Numbered from the stretch's first letter, positions 38,241 to 48,701 are shown. The stretch is DNA of 64,000 nucleotides from an uncultured bacterium (GCA_965552055.1 CBEVQO010000009.1:17202-81201); one strand, 5' to 3'. Made by a program: numbers and translations. The notes: a model not told the origin generated them from the letters alone.

Positions 38241-41095
38241 AATATCGTAAGCTGATAATTTTTGCAAATTTTTTTATATTTACAAATTTTGCATCTACCT
38301 GTCTGATGCCATAAGTTCTGTTCTTTACAAAGTAAGAATCTTACCAAACTTTCTTTTATTTTCTTCAAATCTGTATTATCGTATTTCACTTCATAAAGTG
38401 GATTTTCTTCGAGTATGAAAAATAAAAACAATTTCGGTTTTTTATCGAAAAATGGCAAACTATAAATTTTTAACTGGTTTTCGTATTCGCAGATTTTTGC
38501 TAAATCTTTTTTCTTCGCATATTTAAAATCGCAAATTATAAGCGTATCTCCGTTGCCGATAAAGTCCATTTTGCCTTTGACATAAAAAACTTTGCTGTTA
38601 TGTTCAATGCTTACAAAGAAAGGATATTCGAATTCGTAATCTTTAACATTATATTTTTCCAAAAATTTCCCGAACTTTTTTAAGAATTCTTTCGATATTT
38701 TGAGTAATTTTTCTTTTTCTGTCCTATTCAATAAATTTGCTTCAATTTCTGCATCCATCACTTTTTCTGGCTCTTTTTCCATCACTATTTTGTGCATTAT
38801 TTGACCTGCTATTTCTGGATGACTTTTTGAATTAAACTTATAACCGGGTTTTAATACTTCTTCGAAATAATAATATTTTTCGCAAAACATGAATTTTGCC
38901 AGTTCTGTTGCATTCACCGACAGTACCTTCAATTCGGGCTTTTTCTCTTTTATCTTAATGGTCTGTGGCAATTCTATTTTCTTTTCGAATTTGAATTCCT
39001 TCTCTGTTTCAAAGTCTTTAACTATTACTTTTTTGATATTTTCCTCTTTTTCGAAATAACTTTTTATTTCGTTCCACCATTTTTTACCTTTGCCGTAATT
39101 TTTAGGGTTTAAATTTTCGTCTACGAAATACGGTATTATAAGGTAATTTTTTGCTCTTGTAATTGCTACATATAATAATCTTTTTCTTTCTTCTTCACTT
39201 GCTTTATCCATTTTAAATATTTGCTTGGTGCCACTTCCCTTTGGTTGCCATGCTGTATCTCCCAGTATGACCGTATCGAATTCAAGTCCTTTTGCCTGGT
39301 GCACCGTCATTATTTTAACTGCCTTTTGTTCCTCAAGCGTTGATTGGGCTTCTGGCTCTTTAGGTTCTGCCTCTATCAAATATTCAAGATGTCTTGTAAA
39401 ATCAAAGAGTGTGTTTAATCTTTTCCTTTCGAATTCCCGTGCTATTTCCTTTAGCTTTTGCAAATTAGCGTATTTCTGCAAGCCCTGATGCATCGATAAA
39501 ACAATTTTATCATAATCCGTTAATCTAAAAATTTCTTCAAGCAGTTCAAAAATTTTAACATTATCCCGTATTTCTTTTAAAGTTTTCAATATTTCTGTAA
39601 ATTTTTTGCATAATGGGTGAGAAGATTTTTTGACAAGTTCAATTAGGTATTTATCCGATTTTTTTCTCATTTCGTAAATGTCTTTGTCTTCCATTCCTAT
39701 CATCGGTGACCTTAGCACTCCGTATAATGCGATTTCATCGTATTCATTTTCAAGCAATTTTAACATGCACAATATATCTTTTATTTCCTGACAGCCATAA
39801 AATCCCATACCACGCACTAAATAATAAGGAATCCCTTTTTGTTTTAATTGCTCCTCAAAGAAATTAACACCTCTTATGGTCGGGAAAAGGATAGCTATAT
39901 CTTCTGGTTTTTTGCCATTTTCCAAAAGTTCGCATATCCTTGATACAATTGCTCTGGCTGTTATTTTTCTTTTTTCGGTAGAATTAGCATCTCCAATTTT
40001 TATCCTTAAAATTTCAACAGAAGGCGGTGTTTCTTCTCTTACTGCTATCAATTTTTCTTTTTCTTCGAAGTTTTTAAAAAGATATGGTGAAAAGTCATTC
40101 ACAAAATCTATAATGGTCTTGTTTGAACGCCAGTTTTCCTGTAAGTTTACAATAACCCCTCCCTGTTTTTCGATGTCTTCTTTTACTCTTTCGAAAACAT
40201 GGAGGTCTGCACCTCTAAAGCTATATATCGATTGCTTCCTGTCGCCCACTACAAAAAGCTTACCTTCTGCAAGTTTCAGATTATTTGCATCAGCAGCACA
40301 ATAATTTAAATCTTCGCAAAGATAATAAATTATCTTTCTCTGGATGTCGTTGGTATCTTGAAATTCATCGACAAGAATTGCTGAAAACTTTTTCTTATAC
40401 TTTTGTCTGATGTCTTTTTCTTCTCTTAACATTTTTTCGGTATAGATTAAAAGGTCATCGTAATCGAGGAAACCTGCCTCTTTTTTCTTTTCTTCAAACA
40501 TCTTTTCTACATCAATCGCCAGTGAATAAAGTAATTTTTCATCTTCCTTTTCCGGTTCTTCAAAATCCTGTATTCTTTTTCCGATTTTCCTTACCTCGAT
40601 TATTGTATCTTTTATAATTTTGATAATGTCGGGGAAATCTTTAGTTTTTAGTAACTCTGTTAATCTATTATCCCTTTTCTTTACGAGTTGCAACAATTTA
40701 TCTTGTATCAATTTTTCTAAGAATATGTTTCTCTCTTCTGTTGTTAATATTTCAAAATCTGGGTCTATTCCTATATCTACTGCATTTTCTTTTAGCAATC
40801 TCATACAGAATGAATGAATGGTTGTAATATTTGCTCTTGGCAGAAGTAACCAGATTTTTGACCATTTATTTCCCCCTTCTTCTAACTCTTTCTTTATTTT
40901 TTCTTCAACTTTTTCTTTTATTTTTCTAAGCATATCTGTTGCTGCTTTTTCTGTGAATGTTATTGCTACTATTTCTTCTACTTCTTTTCCTTCTTCTATC
41001 AATTGTAAAAATCTTTCTGTCAAACTATGTGTTTTTCCTGTTCCTGCGCCTGCACATATACAAATGTTTTTATTGAGGGGTAGTTCCTGTGTCAT
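38237..41095 (-). CDS. UvrD/AddA-like helicase fused to Cys-containing PD-(D/E)XK nuclease
   Basis: AGAGTGKT, TFTEKAA, TIHSFC, DEFQDT, VGDRKQSIYSFRGA, TVHQAKGLEF, YVAITRA; GKMD..DFK, Cys + CxxCxxxxxC. Confidence 0.9.
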   Translation of the reverse strand: MTQELPLNKNICICAGAGTGKTHSLTERFLQLIEEGKEVEEIVAITFTEKAATDMLRKIKEKVEEKIKKELEEGGNKWSKIWLLLPRANITTIHSFCMRLLKENAVDIGIDPDFEILTTEERNIFLEKLIQDKLLQLVKKRDNRLTELLKTKDFPDIIKIIKDTIIEVRKIGKRIQDFEEPEKEDEKLLYSLAIDVEKMFEEKKKEAGFLDYDDLLIYTEKMLREEKDIRQKYKKKFSAILVDEFQDTNDIQRKIIYYLCEDLNYCAADANNLKLAEGKLFVVGDRKQSIYSFRGADLHVFERVKEDIEKQGGVIVNLQENWRSNKTIIDFVNDFSPYLFKNFEEKEKLIAVREETPPSVEILRIKIGDANSTEKRKITARAIVSRICELLENGKKPEDIAILFPTIRGVNFFEEQLKQKGIPYYLVRGMGFYGCQEIKDILCMLKLLENEYDEIALYGVLRSPMIGMEDKDIYEMRKKSDKYLIELVKKSSHPLCKKFTEILKTLKEIRDNVKIFELLEEIFRLTDYDKIVLSMHQGLQKYANLQKLKEIAREFERKRLNTLFDFTRHLEYLIEAEPKEPEAQSTLEEQKAVKIMTVHQAKGLEFDTVILGDTAWQPKGSGTKQIFKMDKASEEERKRLLYVAITRAKNYLIIPYFVDENLNPKNYGKGKKWWNEIKSYFEKEENIKKVIVKDFETEKEFKFEKKIELPQTIKIKEKKPELKVLSVNATELAKFMFCEKYYYFEEVLKPGYKFNSKSHPEIAGQIMHKIVMEKEPEKVMDAEIEANLLNRTEKEKLLKISKEFLKKFGKFLEKYNVKDYEFEYPFFVSIEHNSKVFYVKGKMDFIGNGDTLIICDFKYAKKKDLAKICEYENQLKIYSLPFFDKKPKLFLFFILEENPLYEVKYDNTDLKKIKESLVRFLLCKEQNLWHQTGRCKICKYKKICKNYQLTIF

Positions 41096-42419
41096 GCCTT
41101 ATGAAATCAAGATTTTCTGTTACTGCTTTTATAATGTGACGCAAACCAAGAGTTTCTGCATAATCAAGATATTTGGTTTCGACAATTTTCCTTTTGTCAT
41201 CGGTTAATTTGAAGCCTTCGTAAGCTCTTTCGTATATGCTGATTAATTTTCTAATTAATTTTTTGTATTCCGATTTTGGTGGATTTTGCAGTCTTATTAT
41301 ACAATCTTCAGGTACATTTTCCACCACTTCCTGATACCACCATGTATCTACAGGTGTCAATGCGATTATTAGGTGTATTGTAACGGGTAGCTGGTAAATA
41401 TAAGGATGCGGATTTACACCCGAATGTAAATATCCTTCGCTATCCATTTTTCCGAGTAATCTTGACTTATCTTTTTTGATTTCTTCTCTTTCGCATTTTG
41501 TCAATTCTTCTTTGCATCGTGCTACACCGATTAAGCCCCTTAAGAAATCAGAGCCAATTCTTTGTTCTTCGCGATAATCATGATGGAAAATAGTTTCTGC
41601 TTCATCGAGTAATATTATAAATTTTTCTATCCCCATTTGACGCATTATAAAATTTAAGCCTGTTAGAAGATAGCAATAAAGGTCAGCGGTTGGGCGATAA
41701 TTAAGTAAAACTTTTAACTTCATGCCTTTTGAATCAAGATAATCCCGGGGAATTTCTTCGCCTTCTATCCAGTTCCACAATAATTCGTCGTCTCCTCTTT
41801 TCTTTAATTCTTTAAAGAAAGGCGTTAAAAATGTATGTGGCTTTTGAAAATTTACAATATCTTTTGCTTTCCTCATCAAATCCCTAAAATTCAAAATTTT
41901 ATTACCAATTTTTACTTCGAGTGATTGCACTATTTCTCTGTAAACATTCTTTGGACGCCACAAAGCTACATCCTGGGGGTCAAGCATTGCTCTTCCTACT
42001 GCAAAGCCCTTTTCCCTTGCCCATATTCCAATGTAATCAAGAAGATGGGTTTTGCCCTGACCATACTGTCCTTCAATGAGTATCACTCCGTGGTCTTCTT
42101 TTTCGATTTTTTCTGTTATGAATTTAATTTCTTTGTCTCTACCAAATGTGAAGTCGTTTACATAATCATGTGGAACGATGCCCAATCTAAAAGCTTCTAT
42201 CATCCATCTTGCTTTGAAATCGCCAGATATTACCGGCTTTATTCTTACTTCTTTTCTTGCTTCAACACCTGGCACATATTCCACAAACTTAACATGTGCA
42301 CGGGGGATTAAAACCCTGCCAACTTTGGGAAATTCTACTTCGAGATACCATCCCCTGTATTTCGTATCTACTACTATTCCCTCGCCAAATACCGGATGTT
42401 TAACTTTCCCGAGCTTCAT
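41070..42419 (-). CDS. DUF2791/BrxD-like P-loop ATPase with N-terminal Tudor-like domain
   Basis: IEAFRLGIVP, FGRDKE, GQYGQGKTH, ILLDEAE; N-terminal VKHPVFGEGIV. Confidence 0.8.
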   Translation of the reverse strand: MKLGKVKHPVFGEGIVVDTKYRGWYLEVEFPKVGRVLIPRAHVKFVEYVPGVEARKEVRIKPVISGDFKARWMIEAFRLGIVPHDYVNDFTFGRDKEIKFITEKIEKEDHGVILIEGQYGQGKTHLLDYIGIWAREKGFAVGRAMLDPQDVALWRPKNVYREIVQSLEVKIGNKILNFRDLMRKAKDIVNFQKPHTFLTPFFKELKKRGDDELLWNWIEGEEIPRDYLDSKGMKLKVLLNYRPTADLYCYLLTGLNFIMRQMGIEKFIILLDEAETIFHHDYREEQRIGSDFLRGLIGVARCKEELTKCEREEIKKDKSRLLGKMDSEGYLHSGVNPHPYIYQLPVTIHLIIALTPVDTWWYQEVVENVPEDCIIRLQNPPKSEYKKLIRKLISIYERAYEGFKLTDDKRKIVETKYLDYAETLGLRHIIKAVTENLDFIRHDTGTTPQ

Positions 42420-42795
42420 TTTTCAGCATCCACAATTTTGTTACTTCCGGATTTATTATTACATCGTCATTTTCGAAATCGAGTTTCAACCTCCATGCCT
42501 GCAATGTCTTTGCACCGATGATAACAGGATGGGATAAACCATCAACAACCATGAATTCATCCGAAAAAGTGTATCCTTTCAAAACAAAATCGATAATAAT
42601 TCTTGATCTGGCTTCTGTTACCTCGCCTTCTTTTGCCATCATAAATTTTTTGGGCTCCGGTAAAGGTATCATTATCTCTATTTCCTTCGCAATATCAGGA
42701 TGAATGCAGGAATAAGTTGAACCGGAATCAAAAATAGCATCCAGATCCATTTTGCCTTTTGACCCTATTAAAGTTATTTTTTTCCTTATAATCAT
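42400..42795 (-). CDS. retropepsin-like aspartic protease, tandem copy 2
   Basis: AIFDSGSTYS, VIIGAKTLQAW; ATGA-coupled to copy 1. Confidence 0.85.
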   Translation of the reverse strand: MIIRKKITLIGSKGKMDLDAIFDSGSTYSCIHPDIAKEIEIMIPLPEPKKFMMAKEGEVTEARSRIIIDFVLKGYTFSDEFMVVDGLSHPVIIGAKTLQAWRLKLDFENDDVIINPEVTKLWMLKNEARES

Positions 42796-43172
42796 AGCAT
42801 CCACAATTTTGTTACTTCCGGATTTATTATTACATCGTCATTTTCAAAATCGAGTTTCAATCTCCATGCCTGCAATGTCTTTGCACCGATGATAACAGGA
42901 TGGGATAAGCCATCAACAACCATAAATTCATCAGAGAAAGTATATCCTTTCAATAAAAAGTCGAGCCTGACGCACATTCTGGCTACTGCTATTTCGCCTT
43001 CTTTTGCTGTTGAAAACTTCTTGGGATTGGGTAAGGGGGTCAAAATCTCTATTTCCTTCGCAATATCAGGGTGAATGCAGGAATAAGTTAAACCGGAATC
43101 AAAAATAGCATCCAGATTCATTTTACCTTTTGACCCTATTAAAGTTATTTTTTTCCTTATTACCATTTTCAT
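42792..43172 (-). CDS. retropepsin-like aspartic protease, tandem copy 1
   Basis: AIFDSGLTYS, VIIGAKTLQAW; near-identical to copy 2 outside the central region. Confidence 0.85.
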   Translation of the reverse strand: MKMVIRKKITLIGSKGKMNLDAIFDSGLTYSCIHPDIAKEIEILTPLPNPKKFSTAKEGEIAVARMCVRLDFLLKGYTFSDEFMVVDGLSHPVIIGAKTLQAWRLKLDFENDDVIINPEVTKLWML

Positions 43173-43270
43173 TTTCTCATATTCGCTAATTTTATTAAGT
43201 TTTTGAGTTTGTCAACAAATTTTTTCAACTTATTATTATTGACATTGCCATTTGTCGATTAAAAATTTGA

Positions 43271-44077
43271 ATGATGGAAGTTGTAAATCATTTGCCAGAG
43301 GATTTGTATCTTGAATACGACGAATTTCTTGCATTTATTGGCATTTATGATGATGAGCAGCGCTTTTTAAACTATAAGAAATTTATCGAGAAAATGAACA
43401 TCAAAAACAAAGTATGTATTGAGGCAGGTGCGGGTTTTGGTGTATTTACTGAATTGATGCTAAAATACGGTGCGAAAAAGGTTTATGCAGTGGAGAAAAA
43501 TAGATTTATGGTAAATATCTTGAAGAAAAAATTTTCGGGTGATAAAAGAGTGGTGGTTGTTGATAAGAGGATTGAAGAATTTGAGCCCGATGAGGATATT
43601 GATTTTTTATTGCATGACTTTTTCGGGATAATGCTTTATGATGAGAGCTTAGAGTCACTTGAGCATTTGCGTTTTACTCCAAAACTTCTTTTTCCTGATT
43701 CGGGCAGATTGATGTTTTCTGTTATTGATGCTGATAGTGTGTGTAATGAAACCATTACAAAAGATGTTTTGCAGGAATTGAAAGGCGTGCTTGTAAGTGA
43801 TTTATTCATGGTGGATAAGGATTTTTTAAAAAGATTGAATGGTAAAGAAGTTCTTTTCTGGGATTGGCGTAAAGGTTTGCGTGGTGGTGAAGCTGATATT
43901 TCTTCTTTTTCGGGTGACCTTTTGGTATTCTGGATAGAAATCCTGCATCACGGTGAATTAATATGCAGGTCAGAGGAATGCGTTAACTGGTCACTAGTAT
44001 GGACGCCCCGTGCAGGTGATAAATTCAAATTAGAATTCAATGGAGAAAGCTATGTAAGATTTAAATGGTTAAAATAA
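43271..44077 (+). CDS. class I SAM-dependent methyltransferase, PRMT-like
   Basis: IEAGAGFG, VYAVEKN, DFLLHDFFGIMLYDE. Confidence 0.75.
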   Translation: MMEVVNHLPEDLYLEYDEFLAFIGIYDDEQRFLNYKKFIEKMNIKNKVCIEAGAGFGVFTELMLKYGAKKVYAVEKNRFMVNILKKKFSGDKRVVVVDKRIEEFEPDEDIDFLLHDFFGIMLYDESLESLEHLRFTPKLLFPDSGRLMFSVIDADSVCNETITKDVLQELKGVLVSDLFMVDKDFLKRLNGKEVLFWDWRKGLRGGEADISSFSGDLLVFWIEILHHGELICRSEECVNWSLVWTPRAGDKFKLEFNGESYVRFKWLK

Positions 44078-44453
44078 TCTCCTTTAAAAGTTTTACCTCT
44101 TTCATTGAGCACAATCTATCACGGAATTTTATAAATTCTCGGAAATTACCCGTTCCTATAAAGATGAAAATTATGTTCCCTTTGAAAGAAAAATGAGAAG
44201 AAAATATTGTCAGATTTTCATATTCTTTCATCGTTTCAATTATTTTTTGATAAAATTTGGTTTTCGGGTCAAGCAATGTTGCTATTATGAAGAAAACCTC
44301 TGTTTGTAAATCTATCTCTTTTTGTTCGGTTAGCTTCTCTATAATTAAATCCCTGATTGCTTTTGACCTTGATTTATAACCTTTTTGCTTTATGAATTGA
44401 TCAAATTCTTCAAGCAAGGTATCCTGTATTGAGATTCCGAATTTTTGTATCAT
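44061..44453 (-). CDS. NikR-like ribbon-helix-helix regulator
   Basis: KFGISI..LLEEFDQFIKQKGYKSRSKAIRDLI; C-terminal domain lacks the His-rich Ni site. Confidence 0.75.
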   Translation of the reverse strand: MIQKFGISIQDTLLEEFDQFIKQKGYKSRSKAIRDLIIEKLTEQKEIDLQTEVFFIIATLLDPKTKFYQKIIETMKEYENLTIFSSHFSFKGNIIFIFIGTGNFREFIKFRDRLCSMKEVKLLKEIILTI

Positions 44454-46167
44454 AAGCCTCTGGATTGGCGATTAGTCCTATTTTTCTCTTACCTAAATAA
44501 GTCCATCCATAAAGAAAATCTGCACCTTTTATTATTTTGTCAAATGGCTTAACTTTTACTTCCTGTATTTGCAAAACTTCATTTACAGTGCAACAAAAAT
44601 TGCCTTTATCCGTTTTTAACAAAATACCTATGCCTTCTTTTAAGGGTTTAAAGGGTGGTAACGGTGATAGGAGTGGCACAACATTTTTATCCAGTTTTAT
44701 GCATTCTACTTTTTCTATATTTATTCTTTCAAAATCGTTCAACCATAAAACCTTTGTAACAAAATCAACAGGGAAACACAGGAAATTCTTTTTATACCGG
44801 GTTATCAATGTCTTCAATAAAGATAAAGGAAGGGATAAAATATAAGTTGTTCCTTTGTTTTTCTCAGTCAATAGTTTGAGTTTACCTCCACATTCTTCTA
44901 CTTTTTCTTTGATAATTTTCATACCTTCTCCCCGTCCTGATATTTCGGTAATTCTGTCGGAAGTTGTGAAACCATCGAGGAATAGAAAATCGAGAAGTGA
45001 TTCTTTTGATAGAGCTCTTGCCTTATCTTCCGGTAACAATTTTTTCTCAATGACTTTTTTCAAAATTTCATCCGTATCTATCCCTCTACCATCATCTTTT
45101 ATTTCAATTATTAAAGAGTTATAACTTATATAACAATCTATTTTTATACAGCCTGTTTTTTCTTTTCCGTTTTTGATTCGTTCATCTTCGGGTTCGATGC
45201 CGTGGTCAACGCAGTTTCTGATTATGTGAGTCAGTGCTATGCGTAGATTTTCGCAAAAAGATTTATCAATTTTTAAATTGTTTGTATTAATATCTACTTT
45301 TACTTTTTTATTAAGTGAATTAGCAAGTTCAAGTGCATAATTTTTTATAGGTGAAAGAATGTTTTCTATATCTATCAATGTCATTTGAGTTGTTAACTCG
45401 TTCAATTCATTACATACACTCTTTAATTCTATAATTTCTTTGGTTTCGCCCAATTCTGTGTTTAGTATTTCGGTTACCTCCCATAATTTATTATTCAAAT
45501 TTAATAATTTGTCAAGCTGTTTTTTATCAATTCTAAATGCTTCAATAAAGTGTGGTTGTGGTTCTTCTGTCTTGGCTTCGAGTAAAGGTTTTACTGTAGC
45601 ATTTTCTATCCTTACATTTTTATGTTTGCTGGTGATTATTGCATAAAAGCCATTATCGGTTTTCCACAGATTAATTATGTTATAATTTTTTAAACATTTA
45701 GTTATCTCGCTGTTTTTGAAGAATACTTCAAATATGTTTTCATTTTTCTCTTCATACTCCGCAATTTTCTCGATATCTTCATATTTAATGAGTTTTTTGA
45801 CCTCATCGGAGAAATTTAGCATTGTCAATATTTCCTGGAATTCGAGGGTTTTTTCTTTATTTTTATTTGCGATTGTTTCCAGTTCTGCTATTAATTGTTT
45901 TACATCCTTTTTAGGATTTTCGAGTAAAGCAAAAGAAGAGTTTATTACATTTAGCAGTATGTTTTCGAGATTGCTTGGGATTTTTTTCCTTCCATAAAGT
46001 ATATCTTCTGAAAGATGCATTAATCTCTGTGCTTTCTTAAGACCGATGGAGCCAAAGAGACCTTTTAAAGTGTGAATTTTCCTCATAATTTTATGAGTAT
46101 TTTCTTTATTTATAATAGCAGTTTCTACATCAAACAAAAGTTCCTTTATTTGATTGACTATTTCCAT
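44410..46167 (-). CDS. cheA: chemotaxis histidine kinase
   Basis: Hpt IHTLKG, HIIRNCVDHGIE, DDGRGID, GFTT..ISGRGEGM, C-terminal CheW domain. Confidence 0.92.
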   Translation of the reverse strand: MEIVNQIKELLFDVETAIINKENTHKIMRKIHTLKGLFGSIGLKKAQRLMHLSEDILYGRKKIPSNLENILLNVINSSFALLENPKKDVKQLIAELETIANKNKEKTLEFQEILTMLNFSDEVKKLIKYEDIEKIAEYEEKNENIFEVFFKNSEITKCLKNYNIINLWKTDNGFYAIITSKHKNVRIENATVKPLLEAKTEEPQPHFIEAFRIDKKQLDKLLNLNNKLWEVTEILNTELGETKEIIELKSVCNELNELTTQMTLIDIENILSPIKNYALELANSLNKKVKVDINTNNLKIDKSFCENLRIALTHIIRNCVDHGIEPEDERIKNGKEKTGCIKIDCYISYNSLIIEIKDDGRGIDTDEILKKVIEKKLLPEDKARALSKESLLDFLFLDGFTTSDRITEISGRGEGMKIIKEKVEECGGKLKLLTEKNKGTTYILSLPLSLLKTLITRYKKNFLCFPVDFVTKVLWLNDFERINIEKVECIKLDKNVVPLLSPLPPFKPLKEGIGILLKTDKGNFCCTVNEVLQIQEVKVKPFDKIIKGADFLYGWTYLGKRKIGLIANPEAYDTKIRNLNTGYLA

Positions 46168-46946
46168 TTTTGATAAATTCCGGGTTTCACATATTTTAAA
46201 ATTTCTTTAACAAGGGGGTCTATTATTGTCTCGCAGCTACCGATAAACAGAAAACCTCCTTTTACCAATTTTTGTGCTAATTTTAATAAAATTTTTCTTT
46301 TAATTTCACGGTCAAAATATATCATGACATTTCTGCAGAATATTATGTGAAAATTCAGAGGAGGTGATTCGTGTAAGAGGTTTTGGATTTGAAATGTGAT
46401 TTGCGACCTTATTCTTGGCAATATTTTATAAAATTTTTCGTCTTCCTTTCTAAAGTATTTGAGAAATTTTTGAGGCACATCTTTTATTTCTTTTTCTGTA
46501 TATTTTCCTTCTTTAGCTTTTTCTATCGCGGATTTACTTATATCAGTAGCTATTATGAAAGGTTTTACATTTTGTAATGCTGAATCTATTGCAATTGCGA
46601 TTGAATAGGGTTCTTCCCCTGTTGCACAGCCTGCCGACCATATTCTTATTTGTTCTGTGTTTCTAAATCTTGGCAGGATTTCGTTTACAAGGTAATCAAA
46701 ATGAAATTCTTCTCTGAAGAAAAAAGTTTCTTTAGTGGTGATGAGGTCGAGTAATTCGAGAAATTCTTTATCCGAATTTTTTACCAATTTGTAATATTTT
46801 GCGAAGCTATTTATCTTTAACTTTTTTAACCTTTTGGTTATTCTATTTTGCAATAAATTTAATTTTGATGGTTCAAAGAACAATCCTGCTTTGTTGAGGA
46901 GTAGATGCTGGAACAATGCGAATTCTTCTTTTGATAATTCATTCAT
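46158..46946 (-). CDS. cheR: chemotaxis protein methyltransferase
   Basis: ETFFFRE, IWSAGCATGEEPYS, IFCRNVMIYF. Confidence 0.95.
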   Translation of the reverse strand: MNELSKEEFALFQHLLLNKAGLFFEPSKLNLLQNRITKRLKKLKINSFAKYYKLVKNSDKEFLELLDLITTKETFFFREEFHFDYLVNEILPRFRNTEQIRIWSAGCATGEEPYSIAIAIDSALQNVKPFIIATDISKSAIEKAKEGKYTEKEIKDVPQKFLKYFRKEDEKFYKILPRIRSQITFQIQNLLHESPPLNFHIIFCRNVMIYFDREIKRKILLKLAQKLVKGGFLFIGSCETIIDPLVKEILKYVKPGIYQKWK

Positions 46947-47301
46947 TTTTTTCTATCTTTTTGATTTTTCTGAGTAGAAATTCTGGAGAATAGGGTTTTG
47001 TTATGAAGTCAGTTGCTCCTGATGATTTTGCAGTAAAGCGGGCGAGTTTTGAGTCACGGGAAGTTGCCACGATAACGGGTATATCCTTATCCCGTTCTCT
47101 TATCCATCTGCAAAGCGCATAACCACTTTGAGTGGTCTTAAGAACAACATCTGTAATTACGATATCGGGTTTTATACATTCAAAGAGCCCTTTGGCTTCG
47201 TTAACATCATCGGTAACATAAACCTCGTATCCGGCTTTCCGTAGATAATCCGCAACTGTCTTTTTGTAATTTTCGTCATCTTCCACAAATAATATTTTCA
47301 T
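46939..47301 (-). CDS. single-domain response regulator (CheY-like)
   Basis: VEDD, ITD, SG, T, KP receiver motifs. Confidence 0.9.
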   Translation of the reverse strand: MKILFVEDDENYKKTVADYLRKAGYEVYVTDDVNEAKGLFECIKPDIVITDVVLKTTQSGYALCRWIRERDKDIPVIVATSRDSKLARFTAKSSGATDFITKPYSPEFLLRKIKKIEKNE

Positions 47302-47747
47302 TTTACTGAAATTCCCTCTTCAATTGCTTTCTTTTCAAAATCCTCCAGGATTTTTTTCACATCTATCACAAGGATAAGTTTATCATCCTTTTTCGCTACC
47401 CCTGTCAAATATTCCTTTGCAACTGCTTTTATCGTCTTGGGTGGTGTTAGTACTTTTTCTATCTGGAATACCTCTGTTACAGCATCCACTACCAGTCCTA
47501 TGATTCTATCGTCCAGTTTAGCTATTAAGATTTTTTCTTCTCCTTTTTTGGGTTCTATTTTGAATTTTTTCCTTAAGTCAATTATGGGGATTACATCGCC
47601 TCTAAGGTCGATTACTCCTTCGATGGATTCAGGAAGCTGGGGGATTTTTGTAATTTCCCTGTAATCTATTACTTCTCTCACATCCATTATGTCGATGCCG
47701 TATTCTTCTTTTCCCAAAATAAAACCTACAAATTGTTTTTGTTCCAT
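47298..47747 (-). CDS. cheW: chemotaxis coupling protein
   Basis: YGIDI..VREV, GVIDLRGDVIPIIDLR, GLVVDAV. Confidence 0.93.
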   Translation of the reverse strand: MEQKQFVGFILGKEEYGIDIMDVREVIDYREITKIPQLPESIEGVIDLRGDVIPIIDLRKKFKIEPKKGEEKILIAKLDDRIIGLVVDAVTEVFQIEKVLTPPKTIKAVAKEYLTGVAKKDDKLILVIDVKKILEDFEKKAIEEGISVK

Positions 47748-47756
47748 TTTTCCCTC

Positions 47757-48701
47757 CTATGCTTTAAACTTTTGAGCAAAAGATTGCATAGTTGAAGTTG
47801 ATTTTTCGAGTTCGTTTGCCAGTCTGCTCAGCTGTTCTGCGGCTGCTGCGTTCTTTTCTGCACCGCTGTTTATGTTTTGTACACCTACTTTTACCTGGTC
47901 AATAGAGGCAGTTTGTTCATCAAGGGTTGTTGAGATTTGTTCAATATCTGATACTACCTGTTCTAACTTATTTAAACTTTCTTCAAGTTTGTTTGCTGCA
48001 TCTTTTTGTAATTTAACACCTTCATCCACTAATCTCGTATTTTCGCTTATTATATCACTTATCTGTTTTGCTGCTTCTTTAGCTTGATCTGCTAATTTCC
48101 TTATTTCATTCGCTACCACTGCGAAACCTTTTCCATGTTCTCCTGCATGTGCTGCTTCAATGGCTGCATTTAAAGCAAGAAGATTTGTTTGATTGGCTAT
48201 AGATGTTACTGTCTGGACGATTTTATCTATTTCTTCTGAAGATTTTTTAATTTTATCCATAGCGCTGGTGACTTTTATACTGGCTGATTGGCTTTCTTTA
48301 ACGGTTTCGGCGAAACTCGTTACAAGCTTGCTAACATGCTGAGCATTTGATGAAACAGTATGGAGGTTATTCGTCAATTCATTTATGAAGCCGTTAATTT
48401 CTTCTACGGCTGATGCCTGTTGTTGAGTTGCCTGTGACAGGTCATCCGCAGCCGCTTTTACTTCATTTGAGCTCTTACTTAAATTCATTGATAGGTTATA
48501 GACCTCATCAATCATTCCTTCAATGTTACGGGCTTTCATTTGTCTTATAATCACAAGTCCCCATATGGCGAAAAACAGCGCTACAGGTGAGGTAAATGCA
48601 GAGATGGGTACATCTTTCACGGATAGAGCGACGCATACGAGATTTATTACAAGGAGTGTCCCCACACATAAAGCCAGCTTTTGCAAAGAACCCCCTCGCA
48701 T
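47757..48701 (-). CDS. methyl-accepting chemotaxis protein lacking an extracellular sensor domain
   Basis: Two closely spaced TM helices; [37 protein letters not shown]. Confidence 0.92.
   Translation of the reverse strand: MRGGSLQKLALCVGTLLVINLVCVALSVKDVPISAFTSPVALFFAIWGLVIIRQMKARNIEGMIDEVYNLSMNLSKSSNEVKAAADDLSQATQQQASAVEEINGFINELTNNLHTVSSNAQHVSKLVTSFAETVKESQSASIKVTSAMDKIKKSSEEIDKIVQTVTSIANQTNLLALNAAIEAAHAGEHGKGFAVVANEIRKLADQAKEAAKQISDIISENTRLVDEGVKLQKDAANKLEESLNKLEQVVSDIEQISTTLDEQTASIDQVKVGVQNINSGAEKNAAAAEQLSRLANELEKSTSTMQSFAQKFKA

Noticed and set aside
38237..38900. Cas4/CRISPR adaptation gene
   Set aside because: The Cys-containing nuclease is the C-terminal domain of a UvrD/AddA-type helicase; no cas1/cas2 or array
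24103..42419. Complete BREX system
   Set aside because: Only BrxD-like and BrxHI-like genes, 15 kb apart on opposite strands; no pglX, pglZ or brxC in the window
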